A stretch of DNA of 64,000 nt, taken from the NCBI GenBank assembly GCA_965237805.1, contig OZ250153.1, positions 128,001 to 192,000 on the forward strand, written 5' to 3'. This stretch comes from Gammaproteobacteria bacterium (GTDB lineage Bacteria; Pseudomonadota; Gammaproteobacteria; JABABF01). Each line of letters begins with the position of its first letter. Positions within the stretch are counted from its first letter, which is position 1. Of this stretch, positions 19,899 to 30,443 are shown one piece after another. A program made the position numbers and the translations under genes. The notes below the pieces were generated by a model. It did not search any database, had not been told where the DNA came from, and saw nothing but the letters and a program-made list of their open reading frames with translations.

Positions 19899-22205
19899 AT
19901 GAGCAAGGTCGTGGTTACCGCCCTGTGCCCAGAATGGCGATGGGGTTCGAGCCAGCTAAGCCCTAATCGTCGGGTAGGGTCCCCGTTCCTCGCGGCGTTG
20001 TTGGCTGTGGTCTTTTGTAGCATCGCTTGGCCGAGCTTGGCCAGCGCCCGTCCCGATCATGCCCGCATGGGTAGTGCGCGCAGCGACCAGCTGGGTACGG
20101 TGCAGCCTACCGACCAAGATGAGGCGGCAGAGCGGCGGCACAATCGCCGCGAGCAACGTGAGCTGGCACGGCAACAACGTCGGGAAAAACGAGCAAGTGC
20201 GTCGACACGGTTACCGCAATCCGCTCAGCCCGACAAGGCCGATAAGTCGGCGCTGACGGCAAAGCCGCGCAAGAATTGGCAGCGCTTTGTGCCAGCCTCC
20301 GATACCGTTGCCGAGGCCGATCTCTGGCAGCGGGTGCGGGCGGGCTTTTCGATGGATCTCGATGCGGTCTGCGATGCGGAGGTAGTCGCGCCTTTGCTGC
20401 GCCGTTACGAAGAGCGCACGGGCGTTTACTTGGAGCGCATTCTGGCGCGTGCGAATCCCTATTTGCACCATATCGTCGAGCGATTGGAGGAGCGCGGCAT
20501 GCCGCTGGAGCTGGCCGTCTTGCCCGTGGTGGAGAGTGCCTATGATCCCTTTGCCTATTCGCCGGGCAAAGCCGCTGGCTTGTGGCAATTCATCTCCCAC
20601 ACAGCTGCGCTTTTCGGGATGCACAGCGATTGGTGGATCGAGGGTCGCAACGATATCCGGGCCTCCACCGATGCTGCGCTGAGCTATCTGAGCAAATTGC
20701 ACACCCAAAATAAAGGCGACTGGTTGCTGGCGATGGCCTCATACAATGCCGGTTTGGGTGCCGTCAGGCGTGCGGTGTCCTATGTGCGTGCTGAAAACAA
20801 AGTGCTGTGGCGCCGTGCCCAGCAGCGCGTTAAGGATGGCCAGCGGCAGCTGCGCAAAGCCGAGGCGCGGGCTCGTGCCGCAACGCGACTGTCGGAGACG
20901 GCACAACAGCAGCTGCAAGTGGCACAGGTCCAGCTGGAGTACTTGCGTGCGGAGTTTGTGGCATTGATCGATGCCGCCGATATTGGTCAGACAGAGATCG
21001 AGGTGATCAGACCAGTCGCTGCTGGCGAAGTGATGGCAGTGGTCGTGCTGAGTACCGGCGCGGATGGTATGCACAGCGCCGAACAGGCGGTGACAGAGGC
21101 CGCCGCGCAGCTGGCAGTGGCGTCGGTGTCGGTGCGACGCACGCTGGACAAAGTGGCGCAAGCCGACGAGCGGCTGTTGCTGGTGCGCGCCAACCTTGAG
21201 CGCCAAAATGCTGCTGTGGATTTGGCCAAGGCCAAGTTTGAGCGCTGGCCTACTTTTGGTGAGCTGCGCAAACTGCCGCAGGAAACTCGCAGTTATATTC
21301 CAAAATTCTGCGCTATTGCGCAGATCGTTGCCACACCTGCCCGTTACGGCATCACGATCGCCCCAGTGCCAGATCTTCCCTACTTTTCTGAGGTCGATAT
21401 CGGGGCCCAGCTCGACTTGGCTTTGGCCGCCGAATTGGCTGGTGTCAACATCGAAGTCATCTACCGACTGAATCCATCCATGCGGCGCTGGGCAACGCCA
21501 CCGGATGGGCCGCACCGCTTGCTGGTGCCAGTCGCACAACGCGCATTGATGGAATCCAATTTGGCACAGCTAGCGCCAAAGCACCGACTGCGCTGGATCA
21601 ATCATCAGCTGCGCAAGGGTGAGGGGCTCAATAGCATCGCACGGCACTATCACACCACTGTCGAGGCGATCCAGCGTATCAACAGCTTGCCAGATGGTGC
21701 TAGCCTGCGACTGGGCGACCAGCTGTTGGTCATGGCACCCTTGTACGCACTCGATCGCTATGTGCTGAGCGAGGGGCAACAGCGCATGTCGCAGACCGCT
21801 CTGCGCAGCACTGCCAAGAAACGGCCTGTTCAGCAGCGCTTCCACCATGTGGTGCGTGATGGGGAGAGTTTGTGGAGCATTTCGCGCCAATACGGTATCG
21901 GCAGCTATGACCAGATCGCCATATGGAATCGTTTGGACAGCAATGCTCCTCTGCCGATGGGCACCCGTCTGTCGCTATGGATTCCCCCCAACAACACCAC
22001 GCAACGGGGAAATGCCGTTGCCACGGTGGTCGGCGATCGCGATTATGAGCGTGTGACCTACAAGGTGCGCAGTGGCGATTCGCTGAGTGGTATCGCCCAA
22101 CGTTTTGGTGTTGATATTCGGCAAATTGCCCAATGGAATTCCATTGATGTGCATCAATACATCCAGCCCCAACAAATTTTGGTGCTTTATCCGGCAACAC
22201 GTTGA
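19899..22205 (+). CDS. mltD: MltD-type lytic murein transglycosylase with three LysM domains and a ~150-aa helical insertion
   Basis: DLWQRVRAGF, LPVVESAY (catalytic Glu), AAGLWQF, DWLLAMASYNAG, LPQETRSYIPK, three LysM repeats; follows gloB. Confidence 0.9.
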   Translation: MSKVVVTALCPEWRWGSSQLSPNRRVGSPFLAALLAVVFCSIAWPSLASARPDHARMGSARSDQLGTVQPTDQDEAAERRHNRREQRELARQQRREKRASASTRLPQSAQPDKADKSALTAKPRKNWQRFVPASDTVAEADLWQRVRAGFSMDLDAVCDAEVVAPLLRRYEERTGVYLERILARANPYLHHIVERLEERGMPLELAVLPVVESAYDPFAYSPGKAAGLWQFISHTAALFGMHSDWWIEGRNDIRASTDAALSYLSKLHTQNKGDWLLAMASYNAGLGAVRRAVSYVRAENKVLWRRAQQRVKDGQRQLRKAEARARAATRLSETAQQQLQVAQVQLEYLRAEFVALIDAADIGQTEIEVIRPVAAGEVMAVVVLSTGADGMHSAEQAVTEAAAQLAVASVSVRRTLDKVAQADERLLLVRANLERQNAAVDLAKAKFERWPTFGELRKLPQETRSYIPKFCAIAQIVATPARYGITIAPVPDLPYFSEVDIGAQLDLALAAELAGVNIEVIYRLNPSMRRWATPPDGPHRLLVPVAQRALMESNLAQLAPKHRLRWINHQLRKGEGLNSIARHYHTTVEAIQRINSLPDGASLRLGDQLLVMAPLYALDRYVLSEGQQRMSQTALRSTAKKRPVQQRFHHVVRDGESLWSISRQYGIGSYDQIAIWNRLDSNAPLPMGTRLSLWIPPNNTTQRGNAVATVVGDRDYERVTYKVRSGDSLSGIAQRFGVDIRQIAQWNSIDVHQYIQPQQILVLYPATR

Positions 22206-22209
22206 AGTG

Positions 22210-24321
22210 ATGAGGGTGGGGCGCGAGTTACTTGCCTCGCTCTGCGTATTCGCCTTGGCAGCCTGTGCCGCTGAGGGTTCCGCCCCGCCCGTTGCCATCG
22301 TCAGCCCTCCCGCCGCAAACGCCGTCCCGATGGCGGTGTCTGCGCCGCTGGTCGCCCCGTCCCCTCCGCTGGCACAGGGCTTGTTGCCACTGTCGGATAC
22401 AGCTGCGCAAAAGCAGCGCTGTGCGATTGAGCTGGCGGCTATGCGCAACGCTTTCAGTCGTTTGGAACGTTACTCAGGTGTGCCGGATGCGGCACATTTT
22501 TTGGAGCCGCTCAGTGCCTTGTTGCGACAGATCGATGATATAGATGGTCCGATTAGCCTCTATGCCAATGTGCACCCCGCTGCCGAGATGCGAGAGGCGG
22601 CTGAGTCATGCCAGCGTGAGCTCAGTCAGATAGCGACCGAAGTCGGCTTGTCCGATGCCTTGTACCAGCGACTCAAGTTGGTCGATCTCGCGCCCCTGAG
22701 CAGAGATCTTCGCGCCAAGCGTTTTGTGACGGAAATGTTGCAGGACTTCCGCCGTGCCGGTGTGCAGCTCGGTGCCGAAGACCAAGACCAATTGCGCAAT
22801 TTGAACGAGCGCATCCTCGAGCTGTCACAGCAATATTCGCGCAATATTCGCGAGGATGTGCGCTCGGTCACGTCGAGCCGCAACGAGCTCGATGGTCTGC
22901 CGCAGGATTTCATTGACGGACTCTCCTTCGACGCATCTGATCGCACGGTTGTCACCACAGACTACCCTGTTTTTTTTCCGGTCATGCGCTACGCTCACAA
23001 CGATGCACTGCGCGAGCGTCTCTACCGCGAGTTCGCTAACCGCGGCTATCCCGTCAACGAAAAGGTGCTGTTATCCCTATTGCAGGCTCGTTACCAGCTG
23101 GCCACCCTGCTGGGTTACCCCAACTATGCAGCCTATGCCAGCGAAAAATTGATGGCCAGGGACGCGGATAGTGCCCAGCGTTTCATCGACCGGATCGATC
23201 AATTGGCCAGACCGCGTGCGGCGCGCGATTATCTGGAGCAGCTGCAACGATTACAGCGCCAGTACCCGGCTCGCCAATCGGTGGGCGAATGGCAGCGCTA
23301 CTACATCACCACTTTGCTCAAGGAAGAGCAACATGGTTTCGATTCCAAGCAGCTGCGTCAATATTTCCCCTATCAGCAAGTCAGAAATGGTATTTTTCGG
23401 CTTGTCGAGCGCCTCTTCGCAATTGAAGTCAAGCCTTGGCAGACAGAGACTTGGCATCCTTCTGTCACAGGCTATTCGCTCTATGAAGACGGTCGCCCCA
23501 TCGGTAATTTTTACCTCGACATGTACCCCCGCGAAGGCAAGTACAAGCACGCGGCTTTCTTCTCTATCCGCAATGACGGCGGCCCCGACAGGCCGCCGCT
23601 CGGAGCCTTGGTCTGCAACTTTCCAGCTCCCGGTTTTGGCAATGACGCCAAAGGCTTGCTGGATCACAGCCAAGTGGTGACTTTCCTACACGAGTTCGGG
23701 CATCTGTTGCATTTCATCCTCGCCAGTGCCCAACCTTGGGCCACCCAAGCTGGCATTCGTACCGAGCTGGACTTCGTCGAAGCCCCCTCGCAGATGCTTG
23801 AGGAATGGGCATGGGACTACAACACCTTGCGCGATTTTGCCGTCAACGACAAAGCGGAGCCGATCAGCGTCGAGTTGGTGGGCAGAATGAATGCGGCGCG
23901 CTATCTGGCCTATGGCACTTGGGTGCGCCGCCAAGGTTACTACGCCGCGCTGTCGATGGAGCTGTACCGCAACAATCCCGAGCTGCTCGATTTGGAGGGC
24001 GATATGGTACGCCTGCAGCACAAGTACTCGCCCTACCCGCCCACACCGGACACACATTTCTACGCCAATTTTGGCCATTTGATCGGCTATAGCTCCAATT
24101 ACTACAGCTATATGTGGTCCAAGGTCATCGCTACGGATATGTTCTCTTTCTTTAAGCAGGCACACACGCCCGCTGAGAAAACAACGGTGGCACGGCGTTA
24201 CCGCGATATTGTGCTCAAAGCCGGAGGTAGTCGACCGGCGATGGCGTTGGTAGAGTCTTTTCTCGGGCGCCCACTCGATTTCGAGGCTTTTCAGAGTAGA
24301 CTACAGGCCGATTCTCAGTGA
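22210..24321 (+). CDS. M3-family (thimet oligopeptidase-like) zinc metallopeptidase, predicted lipoprotein
   Basis: Lipobox LAAC, FYLDMYPREGKYKHAA, FLHEFGH, DFVEAPSQMLEEW, YYSYMWS. Confidence 0.9.
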   Translation: MRVGRELLASLCVFALAACAAEGSAPPVAIVSPPAANAVPMAVSAPLVAPSPPLAQGLLPLSDTAAQKQRCAIELAAMRNAFSRLERYSGVPDAAHFLEPLSALLRQIDDIDGPISLYANVHPAAEMREAAESCQRELSQIATEVGLSDALYQRLKLVDLAPLSRDLRAKRFVTEMLQDFRRAGVQLGAEDQDQLRNLNERILELSQQYSRNIREDVRSVTSSRNELDGLPQDFIDGLSFDASDRTVVTTDYPVFFPVMRYAHNDALRERLYREFANRGYPVNEKVLLSLLQARYQLATLLGYPNYAAYASEKLMARDADSAQRFIDRIDQLARPRAARDYLEQLQRLQRQYPARQSVGEWQRYYITTLLKEEQHGFDSKQLRQYFPYQQVRNGIFRLVERLFAIEVKPWQTETWHPSVTGYSLYEDGRPIGNFYLDMYPREGKYKHAAFFSIRNDGGPDRPPLGALVCNFPAPGFGNDAKGLLDHSQVVTFLHEFGHLLHFILASAQPWATQAGIRTELDFVEAPSQMLEEWAWDYNTLRDFAVNDKAEPISVELVGRMNAARYLAYGTWVRRQGYYAALSMELYRNNPELLDLEGDMVRLQHKYSPYPPTPDTHFYANFGHLIGYSSNYYSYMWSKVIATDMFSFFKQAHTPAEKTTVARRYRDIVLKAGGSRPAMALVESFLGRPLDFEAFQSRLQADSQ

Positions 24322-26084
24322 GTTGGCCAGCCGTACACATCGCGTGGTATCGCCAGTCGCAGTCGATGCGCTGCTATGCCACGCCTGCCGCTTGGCTGGT
24401 GCTCAGCACCCTATTTCTTGTTGCCTGTAGCAGCGACAGGCAGCTGCGCGAAGATGCGGTGACCCGTGGTAACCGAGCGAAAATCCTGCATATGGGCATC
24501 GGCGCAGAGCCCCAAGCCTTGGATCCGCACATCGTCACCGGCGTCACCGAGAGCCGCATCATCCACTCACTGCTGGAAGGCTTGGTTGGCAAGGACCCGG
24601 CGTCACTGGACGCTATACCTGGCGTAGCTAACTCTTGGAATATCGCTGATAATAAAACTACTTACACTTTTAATTTCAGGGAAGATGCAAAGTGGAGCAA
24701 CGGCGATACGGTGCGGGCTCAGGACTTCGTTTTTTCGTGGCGCAGGTTGCTCTCACCCGCATTGGCGGCCGAGTATGCATACAACTTATATGTTGTCAAA
24801 AATGCCCGTGATTACCATCGCGGCACCCTCAAAGATTTTGACAAAGTCGGTGTGCGTGCCATCGACGACCGCACGCTGGAAGTGCGCCTCGAGCATCCTG
24901 CCCCCTATTTTCTGCAACTGCTCGATCACACCAGTGCCCTGCCTGTACACCCTGCCACCATTGAGGGCCACGGTGCCACCCTGCGGCGTGACACCGATTG
25001 GACCCGACCCAAATCCTATGTCGGCAACGGTCCATTTCAGCTGGAGACATGGCAGATTGGCGAGGGCATTTTTGTTCGTAAAAACCGATATTACTGGGAC
25101 TATGACGGTGTCCAGCTGAATGGCATCCAGTTCTACCCGGTGGAAAATCAAAATACCGAGGAAAATATGTTCCGCTCTGGGCAGCTGCATATCACTAGCG
25201 GCGTGGCGATTCCCTATGTGCCGCTGTATTTAGAAAAACGCCCCGACCTGATCCGTATATCGCCTTATCTGGGCACTTATTATTACGAGCTAAATGTCAG
25301 TAAACCGCCGCTGGATGACCTGCGCGTGCGCCGCGCACTGATGTTGGCCACCGACCGCTACAGCATCACGGCGGCGATCACCCAAGCGGGCCAGAGGCCG
25401 GCCTATTCCTTCACGCCGCCGCTGCTCTCTGGTTACCGACCGCCGTCGGATCGCAGCCTCGCTTACAACCCCAAGCGTGCGCGCCGTCTGTTGGCCGAGG
25501 CGGGTTATCCCGGCGGTTTGGATTTTCCGGTGTTGCAGCTGTTGTACAACACCAGCGACGACCACCGCACACTGGCTGTCGCGATTCAGGAGATGTGGCA
25601 GAAGAACCTCGGTATTAAGGTCGAATTGAACAATCAGGAATGGAAGGTCTACCTCAACACGCGCAATAATTTGGAGCATCAAATCGCCCGTGCGGGCTGG
25701 GTTGCGGACTTTGAAGACCCGAGCAATTTCTTGGAAGTGTTGAGTGGCGACAGTGGCAATAACCGTTCGGCTTGGTCCAATCCGGAATACGACCATCTCG
25801 TCGCACGAGCCAAGCGTACATGGGATAGCGAAAAGCGCAACGAGCTCTTTGCCCGCGCCGAACGGCTGATGATCTCGCAAGCGCCGATCATTCCGATCTA
25901 CCACTATGCCAGCAAGCGCCTGTTGCGCCGCTCGGTGGTTGGCTGGAGTAGGAATGCACTGGATCACCAGCGCTACCAAGAGCTCCACTTGCTGGACAAT
26001 CCGAGTAGGCAGGAGCCCAAGGAGTCCCCGCAAGCGGGTGCTGCACCAGCGCAGGTCTTGCCGCAGCCGGGCGCAACGCGATAG
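24318..26084 (+). CDS. oppA: Oligopeptide ABC transporter substrate-binding lipoprotein (OppA-like)
   Basis: Lipobox LVAC, EPQALDPH, LEGLV, YTFNFREDAKWSNGD, GNGPF, ARAGWVADF. Confidence 0.88.
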   Translation: MSWPAVHIAWYRQSQSMRCYATPAAWLVLSTLFLVACSSDRQLREDAVTRGNRAKILHMGIGAEPQALDPHIVTGVTESRIIHSLLEGLVGKDPASLDAIPGVANSWNIADNKTTYTFNFREDAKWSNGDTVRAQDFVFSWRRLLSPALAAEYAYNLYVVKNARDYHRGTLKDFDKVGVRAIDDRTLEVRLEHPAPYFLQLLDHTSALPVHPATIEGHGATLRRDTDWTRPKSYVGNGPFQLETWQIGEGIFVRKNRYYWDYDGVQLNGIQFYPVENQNTEENMFRSGQLHITSGVAIPYVPLYLEKRPDLIRISPYLGTYYYELNVSKPPLDDLRVRRALMLATDRYSITAAITQAGQRPAYSFTPPLLSGYRPPSDRSLAYNPKRARRLLAEAGYPGGLDFPVLQLLYNTSDDHRTLAVAIQEMWQKNLGIKVELNNQEWKVYLNTRNNLEHQIARAGWVADFEDPSNFLEVLSGDSGNNRSAWSNPEYDHLVARAKRTWDSEKRNELFARAERLMISQAPIIPIYHYASKRLLRRSVVGWSRNALDHQRYQELHLLDNPSRQEPKESPQAGAAPAQVLPQPGATR

Positions 26085-26118
26085 CTCGCGCCCTCCCCGC
26101 TAGACGGGTGCCACGGCG

Positions 26119-27048
26119 ATGATACGCTTTATCTGTTGGCGGACTTTGCAGGCCATTCCGGTGCTGTTGGTCGTTGTCACCGTCACTTTTTTTCTGGTGC
26201 GCGCTGCCCCAGGTGGCCCTTTTGATGATGAGCGCCGCGTGTCGCCGCAGATCGAGCAGCGCCTCCTCGCTCACTATCAACTCGACCAGCCCATCTTTGA
26301 GCAGTATCTCTCCTATCTGTCAAACCTGTTGCGGGGGGATCTCGGCCCCTCCTTCCGCTATCCCGGTCGGCGCGTCAATGAGATCCTTTTGCAGGGCATG
26401 CCGGAGACGGTGGAGTTGGCTGGCTACGCGCTTTTGTTCTCGTTGATTTTGGGCATCGGTGCCGGTCTTATCGCCGCCCGTCGCCCGAACAGCAGCCAAG
26501 ATCGCATCACCATGGCGGTGGCGATGATCGGTATCTGCATGCCCTCTTTTCTACTCGGTCCGTTGCTGGTCTTAGTCTTTGGCATCTACCTCGACTGGCT
26601 ACCGGTGGCCGGCTGGGGGCGCTTGCCCGGTGACAAGGTGCTGCCTACCATCACCCTCGGTGCTGCCTACACCGCCTATATCGCCCGCCTGTGCCGCGGC
26701 AGCCTACTGGAGGTGATGAGCGCAGATTTTGTCCGCACCGCCCGCGCTACCGGACTGTCGGAGTCCGCTGTGCTACGCCGCCACGCCCTGCGCGGTGCGC
26801 TGTTGCCGGTCGCCGCCTTCCTCGGCCCCGCCATGGCTGGGCTGTTGAGCGGCTCCTTTGTCGTCGAAACGGTGTTCCAGATTCCAGGCATCGGGCGTTT
26901 CTACATACAGGGGGCATTCAACCGGGATTACACCTTGGTGATGGGCATGACCATCTTTTTCGCCACCTTGCTAGTGCTGCTCAACTTGCTCAGCGACATC
27001 CTGTCGGCTTGGCTCGACCCGCGCATCTGTATGGACCGTCGCCAGTGA
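26119..27048 (+). CDS. oppB: Oligopeptide ABC transporter permease (OppB-like)
   Basis: APGGPFD, GDLGPS, EAA-loop DFVRTARATGL, FNRDYTLV. Confidence 0.9.
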   Translation: MIRFICWRTLQAIPVLLVVVTVTFFLVRAAPGGPFDDERRVSPQIEQRLLAHYQLDQPIFEQYLSYLSNLLRGDLGPSFRYPGRRVNEILLQGMPETVELAGYALLFSLILGIGAGLIAARRPNSSQDRITMAVAMIGICMPSFLLGPLLVLVFGIYLDWLPVAGWGRLPGDKVLPTITLGAAYTAYIARLCRGSLLEVMSADFVRTARATGLSESAVLRRHALRGALLPVAAFLGPAMAGLLSGSFVVETVFQIPGIGRFYIQGAFNRDYTLVMGMTIFFATLLVLLNLLSDILSAWLDPRICMDRRQ

Positions 27049-27908
27049 AGATAGGGTGGTCTCCCTCCGCCTTATGGCACGACGCTTGGGGGCTGCTGAT
27101 GCGCGACGCTGCCGCCCGCCGCAGTTTGTGGCTACTCGGTGTGGTGGTGTTGGCGGTGCTGGTCGGTCCTTGGTTCAGTCCCTACAGCTACGAGACGCAG
27201 GATCTGCAACAGGGAGCCTCTGCCCCCTCGCTGGCGCATTGGTTTGGCACCGATATCTTAGGCCGCGATCTGTTGACGCGACTGCTCTACGGCGGGCGCA
27301 TTTCGCTGGCGGTGAGCTTATCGGCGACCGCGGTGGCGCTGTTGCTCGGAGTCAGTTGGGGGACGCTGTCCGCCTATCTCGGTGGCCGCGTCGATGCAGT
27401 GATGATGCGCATCGTTGATATTCTCTACGCGTTGCCATTCATGGTCGTCATCATTTTGCTGACAGTCAGCTTCGGGCGCAGCATGTTGCTACTATTTCTT
27501 GCCATCGGCTGTCTGGAATGGCTGAGTATGGCCCGTATCGTGCGTGCCCAAGTGCTCTCCTTGCGAGAGCGTGAATTCATTCAAGCGGCCGAGTGCATCG
27601 GTCTGCAGCGCTGGATGGTGATGCTGCGTCATGTGTTGCCGAATGCGCTCGGGCCGATCACGGTCTACGCCACGCTGACGGTGCCCAATGTCATGTTGCT
27701 CGAGGCTTTCCTCAGCTTTCTCGGCCTCGGCGTCCAAGCGCCCCACAGCTCGTGGGGCGTGTTGATTTCCCATGGCGTGCAGTATATGGAGATCCATCCT
27801 TGGCTGCTATTTTTTCCTGGCATCACGCTGACACTGGTACTGTTCGCCCTCAATGTGCTGGGGGACAGTTTGCGCGATGCTCTGGATCCGGCGCACGGCA
27901 AGCTGTAG
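27045..27908 (+). CDS. oppC: Oligopeptide ABC transporter permease (OppC-like)
   Basis: HWFGTDILGRD, GGRISL, ARIVRAQ, EAFLSFLGLG; GTG overlaps the oppB stop. Confidence 0.9.
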   Translation: MKIGWSPSALWHDAWGLLMRDAAARRSLWLLGVVVLAVLVGPWFSPYSYETQDLQQGASAPSLAHWFGTDILGRDLLTRLLYGGRISLAVSLSATAVALLLGVSWGTLSAYLGGRVDAVMMRIVDILYALPFMVVIILLTVSFGRSMLLLFLAIGCLEWLSMARIVRAQVLSLREREFIQAAECIGLQRWMVMLRHVLPNALGPITVYATLTVPNVMLLEAFLSFLGLGVQAPHSSWGVLISHGVQYMEIHPWLLFFPGITLTLVLFALNVLGDSLRDALDPAHGKL

Positions 27909-27910
27909 CC

Positions 27911-29494
27911 ATGGCTCTTTTGGAGTTGCGCCAGCTCGGTGTGCATTTTCCCGATAAGACCGTGGTGCGGGATTTGGATCTCAGCTTGGAGCGTGGTGCG
28001 ACTATCGGCATTATCGGCGAGTCTGGCTCTGGCAAATCGCTGAGCGGTTTGGCCTGTTTGGGGCTGTTGCCACCGACGGCGCGTGCCTCCGGCAGCATCC
28101 GCTTCGATGGCGAGGAACTGCTGAACATGCCGCCGAGGCGGCTCATCCAGCTGCGCGGGCGACGCATCGCCATGGTGTTTCAAGATGCCGGTACGGCTCT
28201 GACCCCTTGGCTGCGCATCGGCACGCAGTTGACCGATCCGATGCGCAACCATTTGGCGATTGGGCGTCGCGAGGCGCAGCGTCGGGCAGTGGTGGCGTTG
28301 GAGGAAGTCAGCATGCCGGAGCCGGAGCGTGCGCTCAGCCACTACCCACACGAGTTTTCCGGTGGTCAGCGTCAGCGCATCCTCCTCGCCATCGCCTTGG
28401 CGGGGCAGCCGGACTTGCTGATTGCAGACGAGCCGACCACCGCCCTCGATGTCACTATCCAAGCGCAGATCTTGGAATTGTTGAGCGCTCTGCAACGCGA
28501 GCGTGGCTTGGCTTTGCTGTTCATCTCACACGATTTGGCAGTGGTCAACCAAATTGCCGAAAACGCTGTGGTCATGGATGCTGGCGAGGCAGTGGAGCGC
28601 GGTCCGGTGTGGCAGCTATTTCAGTCGCCGCAACATCCCAGCACCCGTGCTCTGATGCGCGCCATCTCCCGTCGCGGTGCGATATCTCATCCGGGCACCC
28701 CGCGCCCGAGCGCAGCTGGCTCAGCCGCGCTGAGTATCAGAGGTCTGCGGGCTACTTACAGCCAGCGCACTCAGCCACAGGGCGTGTTGCACGGCATTGA
28801 TCTGGAGCTGCGCCGTGGCGAGATCGTCGCCTTGGTCGGTGAGTCTGGTGCTGGCAAATCGACGCTGGCGAGGGTGCTGTTGCAGTTGTTGCCCGCCAGC
28901 AGCGGCGAGCTGCGGATCGATGGCAAGCTGCTGAGTGCGGCTACTGGAGTGCGCCGCCAGAACCGCTCAGGGGTGCAGATGATCTTCCAAGATCCCTACG
29001 CTTCGCTCAATCCACGGCTCAGTGTTGAGGAGGCGCTGGCTGAGCCGATACGCTTCCACGGACTGGCGGCCAGCGGTGCTGAATTGACGGCGCGCGTGGT
29101 GGCGCTACTCGCCGCGGTGGGGCTGGACGCCTCCGCTGGCAGCCGTTATCCCCATGCCTTTTCCGGTGGTCAGCGCCAGCGCATCGCCATCGCCCGCGCA
29201 CTGGCTACCGAGCCAGAGCTGCTGGTGGCAGACGAGCCAGTCTCGGCTCTCGATATCGTCACCCAGTGCGAGATACTCGAATTATTGTTTAGAATCATCA
29301 CCGATAGGAGTATGTCGATGTTGTTGATCTCACACGATTTGGAAATGGTGCGTGGCTTGGCTGACTACACTGCTGTGATCCACGGCGGTGTGCTGGTAGA
29401 GCAGGGTCCGACCGAGCAGCTGTTTGCGGCACCGCGCGACGCACAGACCCGTCGCCTGCTGGCGGCCAGCCCCTCTTTGCCCGCCACTCGATGA
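27911..29494 (+). CDS. Peptide ABC transporter ATP-binding protein with fused double ATPase (OppD/OppF-like)
   Basis: Two Walker A motifs (GESGSGKS, GESGAGKS) and two FSGGQRQR signatures. Confidence 0.92.
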   Translation: MALLELRQLGVHFPDKTVVRDLDLSLERGATIGIIGESGSGKSLSGLACLGLLPPTARASGSIRFDGEELLNMPPRRLIQLRGRRIAMVFQDAGTALTPWLRIGTQLTDPMRNHLAIGRREAQRRAVVALEEVSMPEPERALSHYPHEFSGGQRQRILLAIALAGQPDLLIADEPTTALDVTIQAQILELLSALQRERGLALLFISHDLAVVNQIAENAVVMDAGEAVERGPVWQLFQSPQHPSTRALMRAISRRGAISHPGTPRPSAAGSAALSIRGLRATYSQRTQPQGVLHGIDLELRRGEIVALVGESGAGKSTLARVLLQLLPASSGELRIDGKLLSAATGVRRQNRSGVQMIFQDPYASLNPRLSVEEALAEPIRFHGLAASGAELTARVVALLAAVGLDASAGSRYPHAFSGGQRQRIAIARALATEPELLVADEPVSALDIVTQCEILELLFRIITDRSMSMLLISHDLEMVRGLADYTAVIHGGVLVEQGPTEQLFAAPRDAQTRRLLAASPSLPATR

Positions 29495-29504
29495 GAGTTT
29501 GCCG

Positions 29505-30443
29505 ATGACATTATGGCCACTGGAGCCCCGCCCTTGCTCCGCGTTGGTTCTGGTCTTGCTGCTCGGCGGCTGCGGTGGCCCGCCAGCACTGCCGCCCGCC
29601 AGCGAGCGCCAAGTGCCCGCCGAAGCTGCCGCCGCCACCGGCGCTGTGCCAGAGCGCCTGTTGCCCGTGGCCAAAGCGCATAATGTGCGCGATTTAGGCG
29701 GTTACACCACGGTCGACGGGCGGCGTGTCAAATGGGGCGAACTGTATAGAGCCGATTCGCTGGGCGAGCTAGACAGCGAAGATGTCTCCTATTTGGAGCG
29801 ACTCGGGCTGCGCCGTGTGGTGGATTTCCGCTCTGAGGTGGAGCGAGAACATGAGCCCGATCGCCTGCTGGCCGGGGTGGAATATCGTCTTCGATCGATC
29901 ACGGCACGCAATGCGGAGGGCGAGGACATCGTCGCGCTATTCCGTGACCCCAAGCGGCTCAATGCTACCGACACAGCCGAGGTGATGCGCGAGATCAACC
30001 GGCAGCTGGTGCGCGACCACACGCCGCTGTACCGCGATTGGTTGCATCAGCTGGCCACCGAGGAATCCGCTTCTCCGCAGCTGTTCCACTGCACCGCTGG
30101 CAAGGACCGCACCGGCTTCGCCGCCGCCATTCTGTTGGGCGCACTCGGTGTGCCGCGCGAGCAACTGATGGCCGATTATTTGTTGAGCGCGGACTATAGA
30201 GCGGGGCACAACGCGCGCCGTTTGCGCGTGATCCGATTGCTCTCGCTGTGGCGTATCAAGGCCGAGGCGCTGCGTCCGCTGATGACGGTGGAGGCGAGTT
30301 ATCTGCAGGCCGCCTTCGATGAAGCCGAGCGGCGCTATGGCTCTTTCGAAGTCTATTTGGTCGAGGGTCTGGGCATCGACGCAAAGCTGCGCCGCCAGTT
30401 GCGGGCACGTTTTCTCGAGCCCGAGTCAGCGGTCGGCGGCTGA
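29505..30443 (+). CDS. Tyrosine/lipid phosphatase of the MptpB/LipA/IphP family, predicted lipoprotein (copy 1)
   Basis: Lipobox LGGC, NVRDLGGY, LYRAD, DFRS..E, active-site HCTAGKDRTG, DYLLS. Confidence 0.88.
   Translation: MTLWPLEPRPCSALVLVLLLGGCGGPPALPPASERQVPAEAAAATGAVPERLLPVAKAHNVRDLGGYTTVDGRRVKWGELYRADSLGELDSEDVSYLERLGLRRVVDFRSEVEREHEPDRLLAGVEYRLRSITARNAEGEDIVALFRDPKRLNATDTAEVMREINRQLVRDHTPLYRDWLHQLATEESASPQLFHCTAGKDRTGFAAAILLGALGVPREQLMADYLLSADYRAGHNARRLRVIRLLSLWRIKAEALRPLMTVEASYLQAAFDEAERRYGSFEVYLVEGLGIDAKLRRQLRARFLEPESAVGG

Noticed and set aside
20800-21245. MltD insertion as an intein
   Set aside because: No N-terminal Cys/Ser block, no His-Asn followed by Cys/Ser/Thr, and no homing endonuclease motif; the composition is coiled-coil-like.
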